Below are positions 1-8,623 of a stretch of DNA of 64,000 nt, one piece after another. The stretch's first letter is position 1. Each line of letters begins with the position of its first letter. The translations under genes were made by a program, and so were the position numbers. The DNA comes from Candidatus Latescibacterota bacterium (GTDB lineage Bacteria > Latescibacterota > UBA2968 > UBA8231), in NCBI GenBank assembly GCA_964291625.2, contig OZ220089.1:3648001-3712000 (forward strand), in the 5' to 3' direction. The notes beneath the pieces were generated by a model. The model saw nothing but the letters and a program-made list of their open reading frames with translations. It was not told the origin of the DNA and made no database searches.

Positions 1-1
1 G

Positions 2-1504
2 TGGACAGATGCCAACGGCCGGGTGGAAATCACCCTCACACTCGGGCCGGAGCCGGGAACCAACACCGTCGAGGCCAGGGCCGGGCTCAGGGTCGTGACG
101 TTCAGTGCAACCGGGCGACTGGTCCTCCCCCATCCCAAGAGCCTGACCAGGCTCTCCGGCGCTGAGCAGGACGGGCGGCCGGGGCTGGCTCTGGACGAGC
201 CTCTTGTCATCGAGGTGAGGGACCAGAACGGCGCATGGTTGAGAGACGTTGAGGTCACCTTTGCAATCACCTCCGGCGACGGGACCCTCTCCGTGGAGAG
301 CACGACGACCAACCCGCGCGGCCAGGCCTCGACCACCCTGACCCTGGGCAATGCACCCGGCCCGACCACCGTCGAGGTCACGGTGGCCGGGGTCGATCCC
401 GTAACCTTCACGGCCACGACCCTGGCGGTTCCCTGGACCCTGACGAGAGTCGGGGGCCTCGAGCAGGAGGGGCCGGCCGGAGAGCCCCTGCAGAGCCCCC
501 TTGTCGTCTCCGTCCTCGACCAGACGGGGGCGCCCCTGGCCGGCACGGTCGTCGCCTTCGTTGTCACCACCGGCGAGGGGACCCTCTCGGTGAGCACCGC
601 CAACACCGACGCCGACGGCCTCGCCTCCACCACTCTGACCCTGGGCCCGCAACCCGGGGCCAACACCGTTGTGGCGACCGTGGCCGGCCTCGACCCCGTG
701 ACCTTCGGGGCCATGGGGCGCGCCGTTCCCCGGACCCTGACCAAGGTGAGCGGCGATCTGCAGCATGGCACGGTCGGCACCCGGTTGGCGGATTCCCTGG
801 TCGTGTCCGTGCGCGACCAGACCGGCTCTCCCCTGCCCGGGGCCCCGGTCACCTTCACCCTCACCGACGGCCAGGGGACCCTCTCCTCCACCTCGGATAC
901 CACCGACGCCGAGGGCCTCGCTTCGATCACCCTGACCCTGGGCGGCGAGCCGGGGGCCAGCGCCGTGGAGGTCGCCGTGGCCGATCTGGAGCCGGTGACC
1001 TTCACGGCCACGGCGCGACCGTCCCCCGACTTCGACGGCGACGGCGTGACCGGCTTTGAGGACTTCCTCCTCTTCGCCGAGGCCTTCGGCGGCGGCGACC
1101 CCCGCTTCGATCTGGACAACAGCGGGTTGGTCGACTTCGCCGACTTCTTCCTCTTCGCCGAGAGCTTCGGCCAGCCGGCGCGGGCCAAGCTGCTGGCCCT
1201 GGCCCGGGAGCGGATCGGCCTGCCGGACGGCCCGCAGCTGCAGCAGAACGCGCCCAATCCCTTCAACAGCCAGACCGTGATCCCCTGGTTCCTGCTGCAG
1301 GAGGGCCGGGCGCGCCTGGAGGTCTACGCGCTGACCGGCCAGCGGGTGGCGGTGCTCCACGAGGGCCCGCACAAGGCCGGCTTCCACCAGCGGCGCTGGG
1401 ACGGCCGCGACGCCCACGGCCGTCCCCTGGCCAGCGGCGTCTACCTCTATCGACTGGTGACCTCCCAGGGGGTGCACACGCGCAAGCTCACCCTGCTGCG
1501 CTGA
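2..1504 (+). CDS. 5'-truncated secreted protein: tandem Big_1 (invasin-like) Ig domains, dockerin/EF-hand-like motif, C-terminal FlgD-Ig/T9SS-CTD-like domain
   Basis: Frame is open from the window start (WTDANGRVEI...). Repeats of 'PLVVSVxDQ.G.PL.G..V.F....G.GTLS....TDA.G.AS.TLTLG', then 'DFDGDGVTGFEDFLLFAEAFG', then 'QNAPNPFNSQT...WDGRD..GR.LASGVYLYRL...RKLTLLR'. Confidence 0.88.
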   Translation, partial: WTDANGRVEITLTLGPEPGTNTVEARAGLRVVTFSATGRLVLPHPKSLTRLSGAEQDGRPGLALDEPLVIEVRDQNGAWLRDVEVTFAITSGDGTLSVESTTTNPRGQASTTLTLGNAPGPTTVEVTVAGVDPVTFTATTLAVPWTLTRVGGLEQEGPAGEPLQSPLVVSVLDQTGAPLAGTVVAFVVTTGEGTLSVSTANTDADGLASTTLTLGPQPGANTVVATVAGLDPVTFGAMGRAVPRTLTKVSGDLQHGTVGTRLADSLVVSVRDQTGSPLPGAPVTFTLTDGQGTLSSTSDTTDAEGLASITLTLGGEPGASAVEVAVADLEPVTFTATARPSPDFDGDGVTGFEDFLLFAEAFGGGDPRFDLDNSGLVDFADFFLFAESFGQPARAKLLALARERIGLPDGPQLQQNAPNPFNSQTVIPWFLLQEGRARLEVYALTGQRVAVLHEGPHKAGFHQRRWDGRDAHGRPLASGVYLYRLVTSQGVHTRKLTLLR

Positions 1505-1914
1505 GAGGGACGCGCTACGCCTCCGGCAATCGGCTGTTCTGGACAAGGGATCCCACCGCCAGACAGCCGTCGGTCCAGAAGGACACCTGCAGGGACACCG
1601 GAAACCCCGACCCGGCCGGGCATGCGTATGGAATCCGTCGTCGGCCGCTACGATCCACGGCGCCGGCATCTCGACGTGGTCGAGGTGAGCGCCGGGCGCC
1701 TCGGGGCCTTCGGTTCGTGGGCGGTCGCGCCGTACCTGTCCGGGAAACCGGACGAGTCCGGCCTGTGAGGCACTGGTTGTCCAGGAAACTGGAAGGATTG
1801 TCGATCGAGCCGCCGCGAGGGCAGTCGAGAGATGATTCGCGGTGAGAGCCTGAAGGCACGCTTCTGCGTTCCCTTCCCAGGCAGGTATCGGGCCATGCCG
1901 GCCCGCCACCTGCG

Positions 1915-2182
1915 GCACCCTGCTCAGGTACTCGAAGACCCGCTGGCCGTCGGGCAGGGCAAGCACCTCCTCGGTGAACCCGGTGGGGATGAACTCCTGC
2001 AACCGCCCGTGGTGATGCCTCCGCAGCGGGCGCCCGTAAGGGCGCGCCGCTTTCGACCACGTCGCGGAGCACCACGTGGAGGTCGAGGCCTCTCGTTGAC
2101 GCTCAGGCTGGCCTCGTTGAGCCGGGACAGGGCGCTCCCTGAGCGCGGCGACATCTTCAGAGAGCTCCTCGGCAGGTCTCAT
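1915..2182 (-). pseudogene. Frameshifted remnant of a GAF-domain sensor/response regulator N-terminus
   Basis: Joining frames from ATG 2182 gives MRPAEELSEDVAALRER/LSRLNEASLSVNE/SLDLHVVLRDVVES/RALTGARCGGITT/GRLQEFIPTGFTEEVLALPDGQRVFEYLSRVP, the typical 'L..L..V...AR.LTGARYG' GAF start. Several frameshifts, then truncated. Confidence 0.65.
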
Positions 2183-2250
2183 CCTGCTCGCCTCGGTCCG
2201 GGGTCTGATTCGGGGGGATGAAGGGGCCGACTCTAGCAGAATGGCCCGAG

Positions 2251-2306
2251 ACACACAAGAACACACACCCCCTCCCCCCCCCAGGCACACAAGAACCACA
2301 CACCCA
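2251..2306 (+). repeat. Two imperfect direct repeats (cacacaagaac-acacaccc) separated by a C-rich tract
   Basis: acacacaagaacacacaccc, then cctcccccccccagg, then cacacaagaaccacacaccc. Confidence 0.6.
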
Positions 2307-2456
2307 TAGGGTATGTTGATAGAGAACGGAGGAGCGCAGGCGGGATGGCTTGGCCTTCGGCAGGCTCGCATCTGCGTTAGGCGTAGCAGGCGGCCCGATG
2401 TTGCCGGCGACCAGGAGGCTACACCCCATGCGAAACGATACCAAGAGAAAAGCGAC

Positions 2457-5400
2457 ATGAAAGCCACAATGATCTGCATCATCGGGCTGATGGGGGCATG
2501 GGGCAATGCAATGGCCGAGCCTCTGGTCGAGGGCCACGTACGGCTGGCCTCCGGGGCACCGGTTCCCGGAGCGCAGGTGCTGCTGTTCGACGTGGCCGAC
2601 CTGCGCGCTGCCCCGCTGGCGGCGACCACGGACCTCTCGGGGCATTTCACCCTGTCGTTGGCAACCCTTGAGGGGGCTCTGCCCGAGCGCTTCGGGCTGG
2701 GGGCGAACTATCCCAACCCGTTCAATCCCTCCACGATGATTCCCTACCGGCTGCCGGCGGCGATGCACGTGCGGCTGGAGGTGTTCAACCTCCTGGGGCA
2801 GCGGGTTTCCACCCTGGTGGACGGGGAACGCCCGGCCGGTTCTCACACGGCGAGTTGGGACGCCACCGATGCGGCTGGAGAAGCGGTCTCCGCCGGGGTC
2901 TATCTCTACCGCCTCAGCGGCGCCGAGGCACAGGCCACCCGGTCGATGCTGCTGATCGACGGGCAGGCGGGGATTCCCTTCGGCGGGCCGACCGGTCCGG
3001 AAGACGAGGCCCGTGCCGGCGAAGGCGAGGGGAGGGCCCCGGTCTACGGGCTGACCGTCTCGGCGCGGGGGCTGGTCCCCTACGTCGACGCGGCCTTCCG
3101 GGTCGAGACGGCCACGTCCCCGCTGGATCTCGTGGTCGAAGCTCCGGGCCGGGTCCCCCCGGCGAAGGCGGCTTCCTCCGGCGGGATTCTGGGCGATGTC
3201 GACAACACGGGGGGTGTGGACTTCTTCGACGCCCTGCTGGTGGCCCTGTACAGCCTCGATGCCTCCGTCGTCATGCCCAACGACGGCGACATCTCCTTGG
3301 GGGACGTCAACGCCGACGGGCAGATCGATATGTCCGACGCCTGGATCCTTGCCGAGTATCTGGACGATCCGTCCAACCCGGCCCTGCCGGCGGGAATCGG
3401 GGAGCCGGTGGGACCGGCCGCGTCGCTGTCTCCGGACCCCTCGACAGTGACCTTCGCCGACGACGGGGCCTGGCACCGTTTCACGGTGCAGGCGGCCGAG
3501 CCGGTCTGGGTGGTGACCAACCCGGAAGGGACCACCCCTCGACTGGAGATCACCACGCGCAGCGGCCGGAGCAACTTCTGCCCGGCCGAAGCCGAAGACG
3601 CACAATCGCGCCAAGACGGACAGGCGATCTACCTGGCGGGGTGCGGCACCGGAACGGCCACGGTGGAGCTGCGGCGGCGATCAGACGGCACGGTCCTGCG
3701 AACCTACACCTTCGAGGTGACCGGAAGCCCCGCCGCCGACCTGGTCGTGGAGTCGCTCTCGGTGAGCGACAGCACGCTGACCCCCGGCCAGAGGTTCACC
3801 CTCAATGCCACCGTGCGCAACCAGGGAACGGGTGCGGCCACCGCCACGACGCTGCGCTACTACCGCTCGTCCCAGCGGGTGATCTCCATCTTCACCCGGG
3901 ATGCCACCCAGGTAGGCACCGACGCGGTGGACGCTCTGGGTGCCTCCCGTACCAGTGCCGAGTCGATCAGCCTCAGCGCCCCGTCCACTGAAGGCACCTA
4001 CTACTACGGCGCCTGTGTCGCGCCAGTGGCCGGAGAAGATTTCGGGTCCCGCCTGAACAACTGCTCCAGCTCGCGGGCGGTAACGGTCGAGGATGTCTCG
4101 GTCACGGGGGACCGTGATGCTCTGGTGGCGCTGTACAACGCCACGAACGGCCCGAACTGGAAGACCAGGACCAACTGGCTGAGTGACAGACCGGTGGGCG
4201 AATGGCACGGGGTGACCACCGACGCGAATGGCCGCGTCACTGGGCTGCAGCTTTCCAGCAACCAGTTGACGGGCGATATCCCTGCCGAATTGGGCTCCCT
4301 GAGCGCCCTGGAGGGGCTGAGCCTCGACAGAAACCAATTGAGCGGATCAATCCCGCCTGAACTCGCAAGCCTGGAGAACCTGACCGACCTGCGGCTCTAC
4401 CTCAACCGGTTGAGCGGATCGATCCCCGCCGGACTGGGCAGTCTGGAGAGCCTGACAGTCCTGAACCTCACCGCCAACGGATTGAGTGGATCGATCCCGG
4501 CCGAACTGGGCAACCTCGAGAATCTGGAATCGCTATTCCTTGGCCGCAACCAGTTGACGGGTCCCATTCCTGCGGCTCTGGGCAGCCTGTCGAAACTGGC
4601 ACACCTGTTCTTGTATGGCAACGCCGGTCTTTCGGGTCCGTTGCCCGGATCCCTTTCGGGTCTCAGTAGGCTCTCCTACCTGTATGTAGACGGCACGGGA
4701 TTGTGCGCGCCAGCGGATGCCGCGTTCCAGGGGTGGCTGGAGGGGATTGAGACCAAGAGGGGCGTTGTCAACTGCGGCGGGACCGCTTCGGAGCGCGATG
4801 CTCTGGTGGCCCTGTACAACGCCACGAACGGCCCGAACTGGAAGACCAGAACCAACTGGCTCAGCGACAAGCCCCTCGGAGAGTGGCACGGGGTCACGAC
4901 GATCGGCGGCTCCGTCTGGAACCTGGCTCTCAGAGACAACCAGTTGAGCGGATCGATGCCTGCGGAGCTGGGCTGGCTGAGCAACCTGCGAAGGCTCGAT
5001 CTCTCTCGGAACCAGTTGACGGGTCCCATTCCCACGGAACTGGGCAGCCTGTCCAACCTGTCGGCGTTGATTCTCCGGGGAAACCAGTTGAGCGGATCGA
5101 TTCCTGCGGCCCTGGGCAGCCTTTCCAACCTGCGCTGGCTGTATCTTGGCAGCAATCAGTTGAGCGGTCCCATCCCCGGGGCACTGGGCGGGCTGACCAA
5201 CCTGTGGCAGTTGTCCCTTTCTCGGAACCGGTTGACCGGTCCCATTCCCACGGAACTGGGCAACCTGTCCAATCTGCAGAGGCTCTTTCTGTATGGCAAC
5301 TCGGATGTATCCGGATCACTGCCTGGGTCCTTCACGAGTCTGGGAAGCCTCACCCATCTGTTTCTGGACGGCACGCAGCTGTGCGCGCCGACGGACGCCG

Positions 5401-8400
5401 CGTTCCAGACGTGGCTGGCGGGGATTACGAATAAACGGGGCGTTGTCAACTGCGGCGGCGGCGATGGCAATGGCGATGGCGGTACGGTCATGAGGGACAG
5501 GGCGGCGCTGGTGGCGCTGTACAATGCCACGAACGGCCCGAACTGGAAGACCAGGACCAACTGGCTTAGCGACAGACCGCTTGAAGAGTGGCACGGGGTT
5601 ACGACCGACGCCGAGGGGCGCGTAGTCGACCTGGCCCTCTACTCCAACCATCTACGTGGAAATATCCCTTCCGAATTGGGCGACCTGACGAATCTGACGA
5701 GGCTGCACCTGTACAACAACCAACTGAGCGGCCCCATCCCGCCGGAACTAGGCCAGCTCACCAACCTGACCGTCAAACTCGATCTCGGGAACAACCAGCT
5801 GAGCGGGCCGATTCCGTCCGAACTGAGGCAACTTGCGAGGCTGACGAATCTAAGACTCAGCAATAACCGGTTGACTGGGCCGATCCCGTCCTGGATCGGC
5901 GGTCTATCCACCGTGACGTGGCTGAGTCTGGGTGGGAACTCCTGGAGCGGCCCAATTCCATCTGAACTGGGCAATCTCTCTAACCTGAAGAGTCTCGGAC
6001 TACGCGATATGCGGTTGACCGGGCCGATCCCTGCGTGGCTTGCCAATCTCACCAACCTGGAGAACCTGTACCTCTACAACAACCAGTTGAGCGGACCGAT
6101 CCCGGCCTGGCTTGCGAACCTGACCAACCTGACGCAACTGGAGCTCAGCAACAACCGCCTATCCGGAAACGTCCCTTCCGAACTAGGCGGCATGCGCAAC
6201 CTGCAGGCCCTGTTCCTGAATCAGAACTCCGATCTCTCTGGCACGCTGCCAGCTTCGCTTGCCGGTCTGAATGCTCTCGGGTACCTGGACCTGACCGGCA
6301 CGCAGATGTGCGCACCGACGGACGCCGCGTTCCAGGAGTGGTTGAGGGGCGTCGCCAACCAGAAAGGTGTGACGAACTGCCTGCCGGAATTGGACGACAG
6401 GGCGGTGCTGGTAGCGTTGTACAACGCCACGGACGGCGCCAACTGGAAAAACAGCACTAACTGGCTGAGCGAGGCGCCCCTCGGCACATGGGAGGGAGTG
6501 ACTACAGACGCCGACGATAGAGTGACGCAACTGGGGCTCGTAGGGAATGGGCTCCGCGGCCATATCCCGCCGGAGTTGGGCAGCCTTGAACATTTGGAAA
6601 CACTGTTCCTTGTCGGCAACCAATTGTCCGGTTCAGTCCCGCCGGAGTTGGGCAACCTCGCGGCCCTCACCGTGCTGTATCTCGACAGTAACCAATTGTC
6701 CGGGTCCATCCCGTCGGAGCTGGGCAACCTTGGGGCCCTCCAAACCCTGTCTCTTGGCAACAACCAGCTATCGGGGTCCATTCCATCAGAGTTGGGCAAC
6801 CTTGCGTCTCTCGAGACCCTGTCTCTTGGCAATAACCGGTTATCAGGGTTTGTCCCGTCGGCGCTGGGCGACTTGAGCAAGCTGTGGAGTCTGAGGCTGG
6901 AAGACAACCCCGGACTTTGGGACCGTTTGCCCCATTCGTTAACGGGTCTGACGGACCTGACGATCCTCGCGTTGTCCAACACGGGCCTATGTGCGCCGTC
7001 GGACGATGCCTTTCAGGCGTGGCTGAAGACGGTTCAGATATCGAATGTCGCCACGTGTCAACGCACGGAAGGGTCAGGTTCACCGGCGTATCTGGCGCAG
7101 GCCGTGCAATCGCGTCATGCTCCCGGAGTACCGCTGGTAGCGGGAGAGTCCGCCAACCTCGTTGCGTTTTTCACTGCGGGAGGGATCATAGACGCGAACG
7201 GTCCCTCGACGCGGGCCGTCTTCTACCAGGGAGGCTCGGAGGTGCATCGTGTCGAGATTTCGCGCCGAGGAACGCTCAATAGAGAAAACTTCCCGTATCC
7301 CGTTGCGGTGGTCCCCGGACGGGTCATCCAGCCCGGGTTGGAGATGGTTATCGAGAGGGGTCAGGATGGAGGGTCGTGGGAGGCCCATTGGATACCGGTG
7401 GAAGTGAACAGCGTACCGGCTTTCAACTTGACTCTGGTACCCTTCCTATGGAAAGAGAATCCAGACCATGATCTGGTGGCACGGGTGCAGGCATTGACGA
7501 GTGCAGACAGTCTGTTTCGACTGGTCCGGGATCTCCTGCCCGTGCGAGACTTCAACTTGACTGTTAGAGAACCAGTAGAGATTTCGGTGAGCCCAACAGG
7601 CGATAATAGTAGCTCACTACTGAGGAAGATCGAAGCCACACTGGCTATGGACAAGGAGAGGGGACACTACACAGGCGGACACTACATGGGTATACTCAGG
7701 GAAGTTTGGATTTCTATTGGGGGTGGCCTAACACTCGGCCAAGCCAATCTTCACGGAAATTCGAGCGTCTCAATCTTGGATCCCGAGGTCATTGCGCATG
7801 AACTGGGCCACAACCTGAGCCTCCTGCATGCCCCGTGCGGCGACCCCGCACAGATAGATCCTGACTTTCCCTATGCGACCGGATCCATCGGCGTATGGGG
7901 CTACGACTACGATCGCCAAGAGCGATCACTTACGTGGGTGGTTCCGGAAAGGCCGGATTTGATGAGCTATTGCGGGCCAAGGTGGATCAGCGACTACTCG
8001 TTCAAGAAGGCTTTGTCCTTTCGCGTTCACTCAGAGAGTCCCGCTGGCAAGGTGCACGCTTCATCCGGGAGGGGCCTGTTGCTGTGGGGCGGCCTGGGAG
8101 AACACGGAGAGCTCATTTTGGAACCGGCCTTCGTTGTCGGCGACGGGCGGACTTCGCTTCCCGAAAGGTCCGGCGAATACCATCTCATCGGAGGCACCGA
8201 CGACGGCGATACGCTGTTTGAGCTTGCTTTCGACATGCCCGAGTTCGCGTGCGGGTCGGGCGGTGCTTTCGCCTTCGTCATTCCGGTGGGCGACGATTGG
8301 CCCCAGCGGCTGGCACGTATAAGGCTTGCCGGTCCCGAAGGCGTGGTAGAGTTGGACGACGACGGGGGCGGCCCCTCCGTCGCTCTCCTGCTGGACCAGA

Positions 8401-8546
8401 CCACCGGCAAAGTTCGGGGTATCCTCAGGGATTGGCCCGACAGGGCGGCGGCGAAAGCGGCGGCAGGGGGCGCCATGCTCCCGGAAGAGGGGCTGGAGGT
8501 CATAGTCAGCACGGGCGTGCCGGACGGGGCGGCTTGGGAGCGATGA
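2457..8546 (+). CDS. ~2030 aa secreted multidomain protein: signal peptide, N-terminal FlgD-Ig + dockerin module, CARDB-like domain, four plant-type LRR modules, C-terminal zinc metallopeptidase (M66-like)
   Basis: Signal peptide MKATMICIIGLMGAWGNAMA; ANYPNPFNPST; GDVDNTGGVDFFDAL/GDVNADGQIDMSDA; 24-aa LRR 'LxGxIPxELGxLxxLxxLxLxxNx'; zinc motif HELGHNLSLLH near 7797 followed by 'APCG' and 'DLMSYC'. Start set at 2457 by the signal peptide. Confidence 0.9.
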   Translation: MKATMICIIGLMGAWGNAMAEPLVEGHVRLASGAPVPGAQVLLFDVADLRAAPLAATTDLSGHFTLSLATLEGALPERFGLGANYPNPFNPSTMIPYRLPAAMHVRLEVFNLLGQRVSTLVDGERPAGSHTASWDATDAAGEAVSAGVYLYRLSGAEAQATRSMLLIDGQAGIPFGGPTGPEDEARAGEGEGRAPVYGLTVSARGLVPYVDAAFRVETATSPLDLVVEAPGRVPPAKAASSGGILGDVDNTGGVDFFDALLVALYSLDASVVMPNDGDISLGDVNADGQIDMSDAWILAEYLDDPSNPALPAGIGEPVGPAASLSPDPSTVTFADDGAWHRFTVQAAEPVWVVTNPEGTTPRLEITTRSGRSNFCPAEAEDAQSRQDGQAIYLAGCGTGTATVELRRRSDGTVLRTYTFEVTGSPAADLVVESLSVSDSTLTPGQRFTLNATVRNQGTGAATATTLRYYRSSQRVISIFTRDATQVGTDAVDALGASRTSAESISLSAPSTEGTYYYGACVAPVAGEDFGSRLNNCSSSRAVTVEDVSVTGDRDALVALYNATNGPNWKTRTNWLSDRPVGEWHGVTTDANGRVTGLQLSSNQLTGDIPAELGSLSALEGLSLDRNQLSGSIPPELASLENLTDLRLYLNRLSGSIPAGLGSLESLTVLNLTANGLSGSIPAELGNLENLESLFLGRNQLTGPIPAALGSLSKLAHLFLYGNAGLSGPLPGSLSGLSRLSYLYVDGTGLCAPADAAFQGWLEGIETKRGVVNCGGTASERDALVALYNATNGPNWKTRTNWLSDKPLGEWHGVTTIGGSVWNLALRDNQLSGSMPAELGWLSNLRRLDLSRNQLTGPIPTELGSLSNLSALILRGNQLSGSIPAALGSLSNLRWLYLGSNQLSGPIPGALGGLTNLWQLSLSRNRLTGPIPTELGNLSNLQRLFLYGNSDVSGSLPGSFTSLGSLTHLFLDGTQLCAPTDAAFQTWLAGITNKRGVVNCGGGDGNGDGGTVMRDRAALVALYNATNGPNWKTRTNWLSDRPLEEWHGVTTDAEGRVVDLALYSNHLRGNIPSELGDLTNLTRLHLYNNQLSGPIPPELGQLTNLTVKLDLGNNQLSGPIPSELRQLARLTNLRLSNNRLTGPIPSWIGGLSTVTWLSLGGNSWSGPIPSELGNLSNLKSLGLRDMRLTGPIPAWLANLTNLENLYLYNNQLSGPIPAWLANLTNLTQLELSNNRLSGNVPSELGGMRNLQALFLNQNSDLSGTLPASLAGLNALGYLDLTGTQMCAPTDAAFQEWLRGVANQKGVTNCLPELDDRAVLVALYNATDGANWKNSTNWLSEAPLGTWEGVTTDADDRVTQLGLVGNGLRGHIPPELGSLEHLETLFLVGNQLSGSVPPELGNLAALTVLYLDSNQLSGSIPSELGNLGALQTLSLGNNQLSGSIPSELGNLASLETLSLGNNRLSGFVPSALGDLSKLWSLRLEDNPGLWDRLPHSLTGLTDLTILALSNTGLCAPSDDAFQAWLKTVQISNVATCQRTEGSGSPAYLAQAVQSRHAPGVPLVAGESANLVAFFTAGGIIDANGPSTRAVFYQGGSEVHRVEISRRGTLNRENFPYPVAVVPGRVIQPGLEMVIERGQDGGSWEAHWIPVEVNSVPAFNLTLVPFLWKENPDHDLVARVQALTSADSLFRLVRDLLPVRDFNLTVREPVEISVSPTGDNSSSLLRKIEATLAMDKERGHYTGGHYMGILREVWISIGGGLTLGQANLHGNSSVSILDPEVIAHELGHNLSLLHAPCGDPAQIDPDFPYATGSIGVWGYDYDRQERSLTWVVPERPDLMSYCGPRWISDYSFKKALSFRVHSESPAGKVHASSGRGLLLWGGLGEHGELILEPAFVVGDGRTSLPERSGEYHLIGGTDDGDTLFELAFDMPEFACGSGGAFAFVIPVGDDWPQRLARIRLAGPEGVVELDDDGGGPSVALLLDQTTGKVRGILRDWPDRAAAKAAAGGAMLPEEGLEVIVSTGVPDGAAWER
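4110..7060 (+). repeat. Four tandem LRR cassettes with near-identical N-caps
   Basis: 'xRxALVALYNATNGPNWKTRTNWLSD.P..EWHGVTT' begins near 4110, 4791 and 5496, with a more diverged copy at 6396; each module ends 'CAP.D.AFQ.WL'. Confidence 0.9.
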
Positions 8547-8623
8547 CGTGGACGTCGGTCGGCGCAACCACTCAGCGAGTGAGCAGAGTCAGTGGAGTCT
8601 CTACACATGAGGGAGTCTTTCGC

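Noticed and set aside
1505-1830. gaaac-containing hairpins as a possible hammerhead ribozyme
   Set aside because: No CUGAnGA core in a compatible arrangement on either strand.
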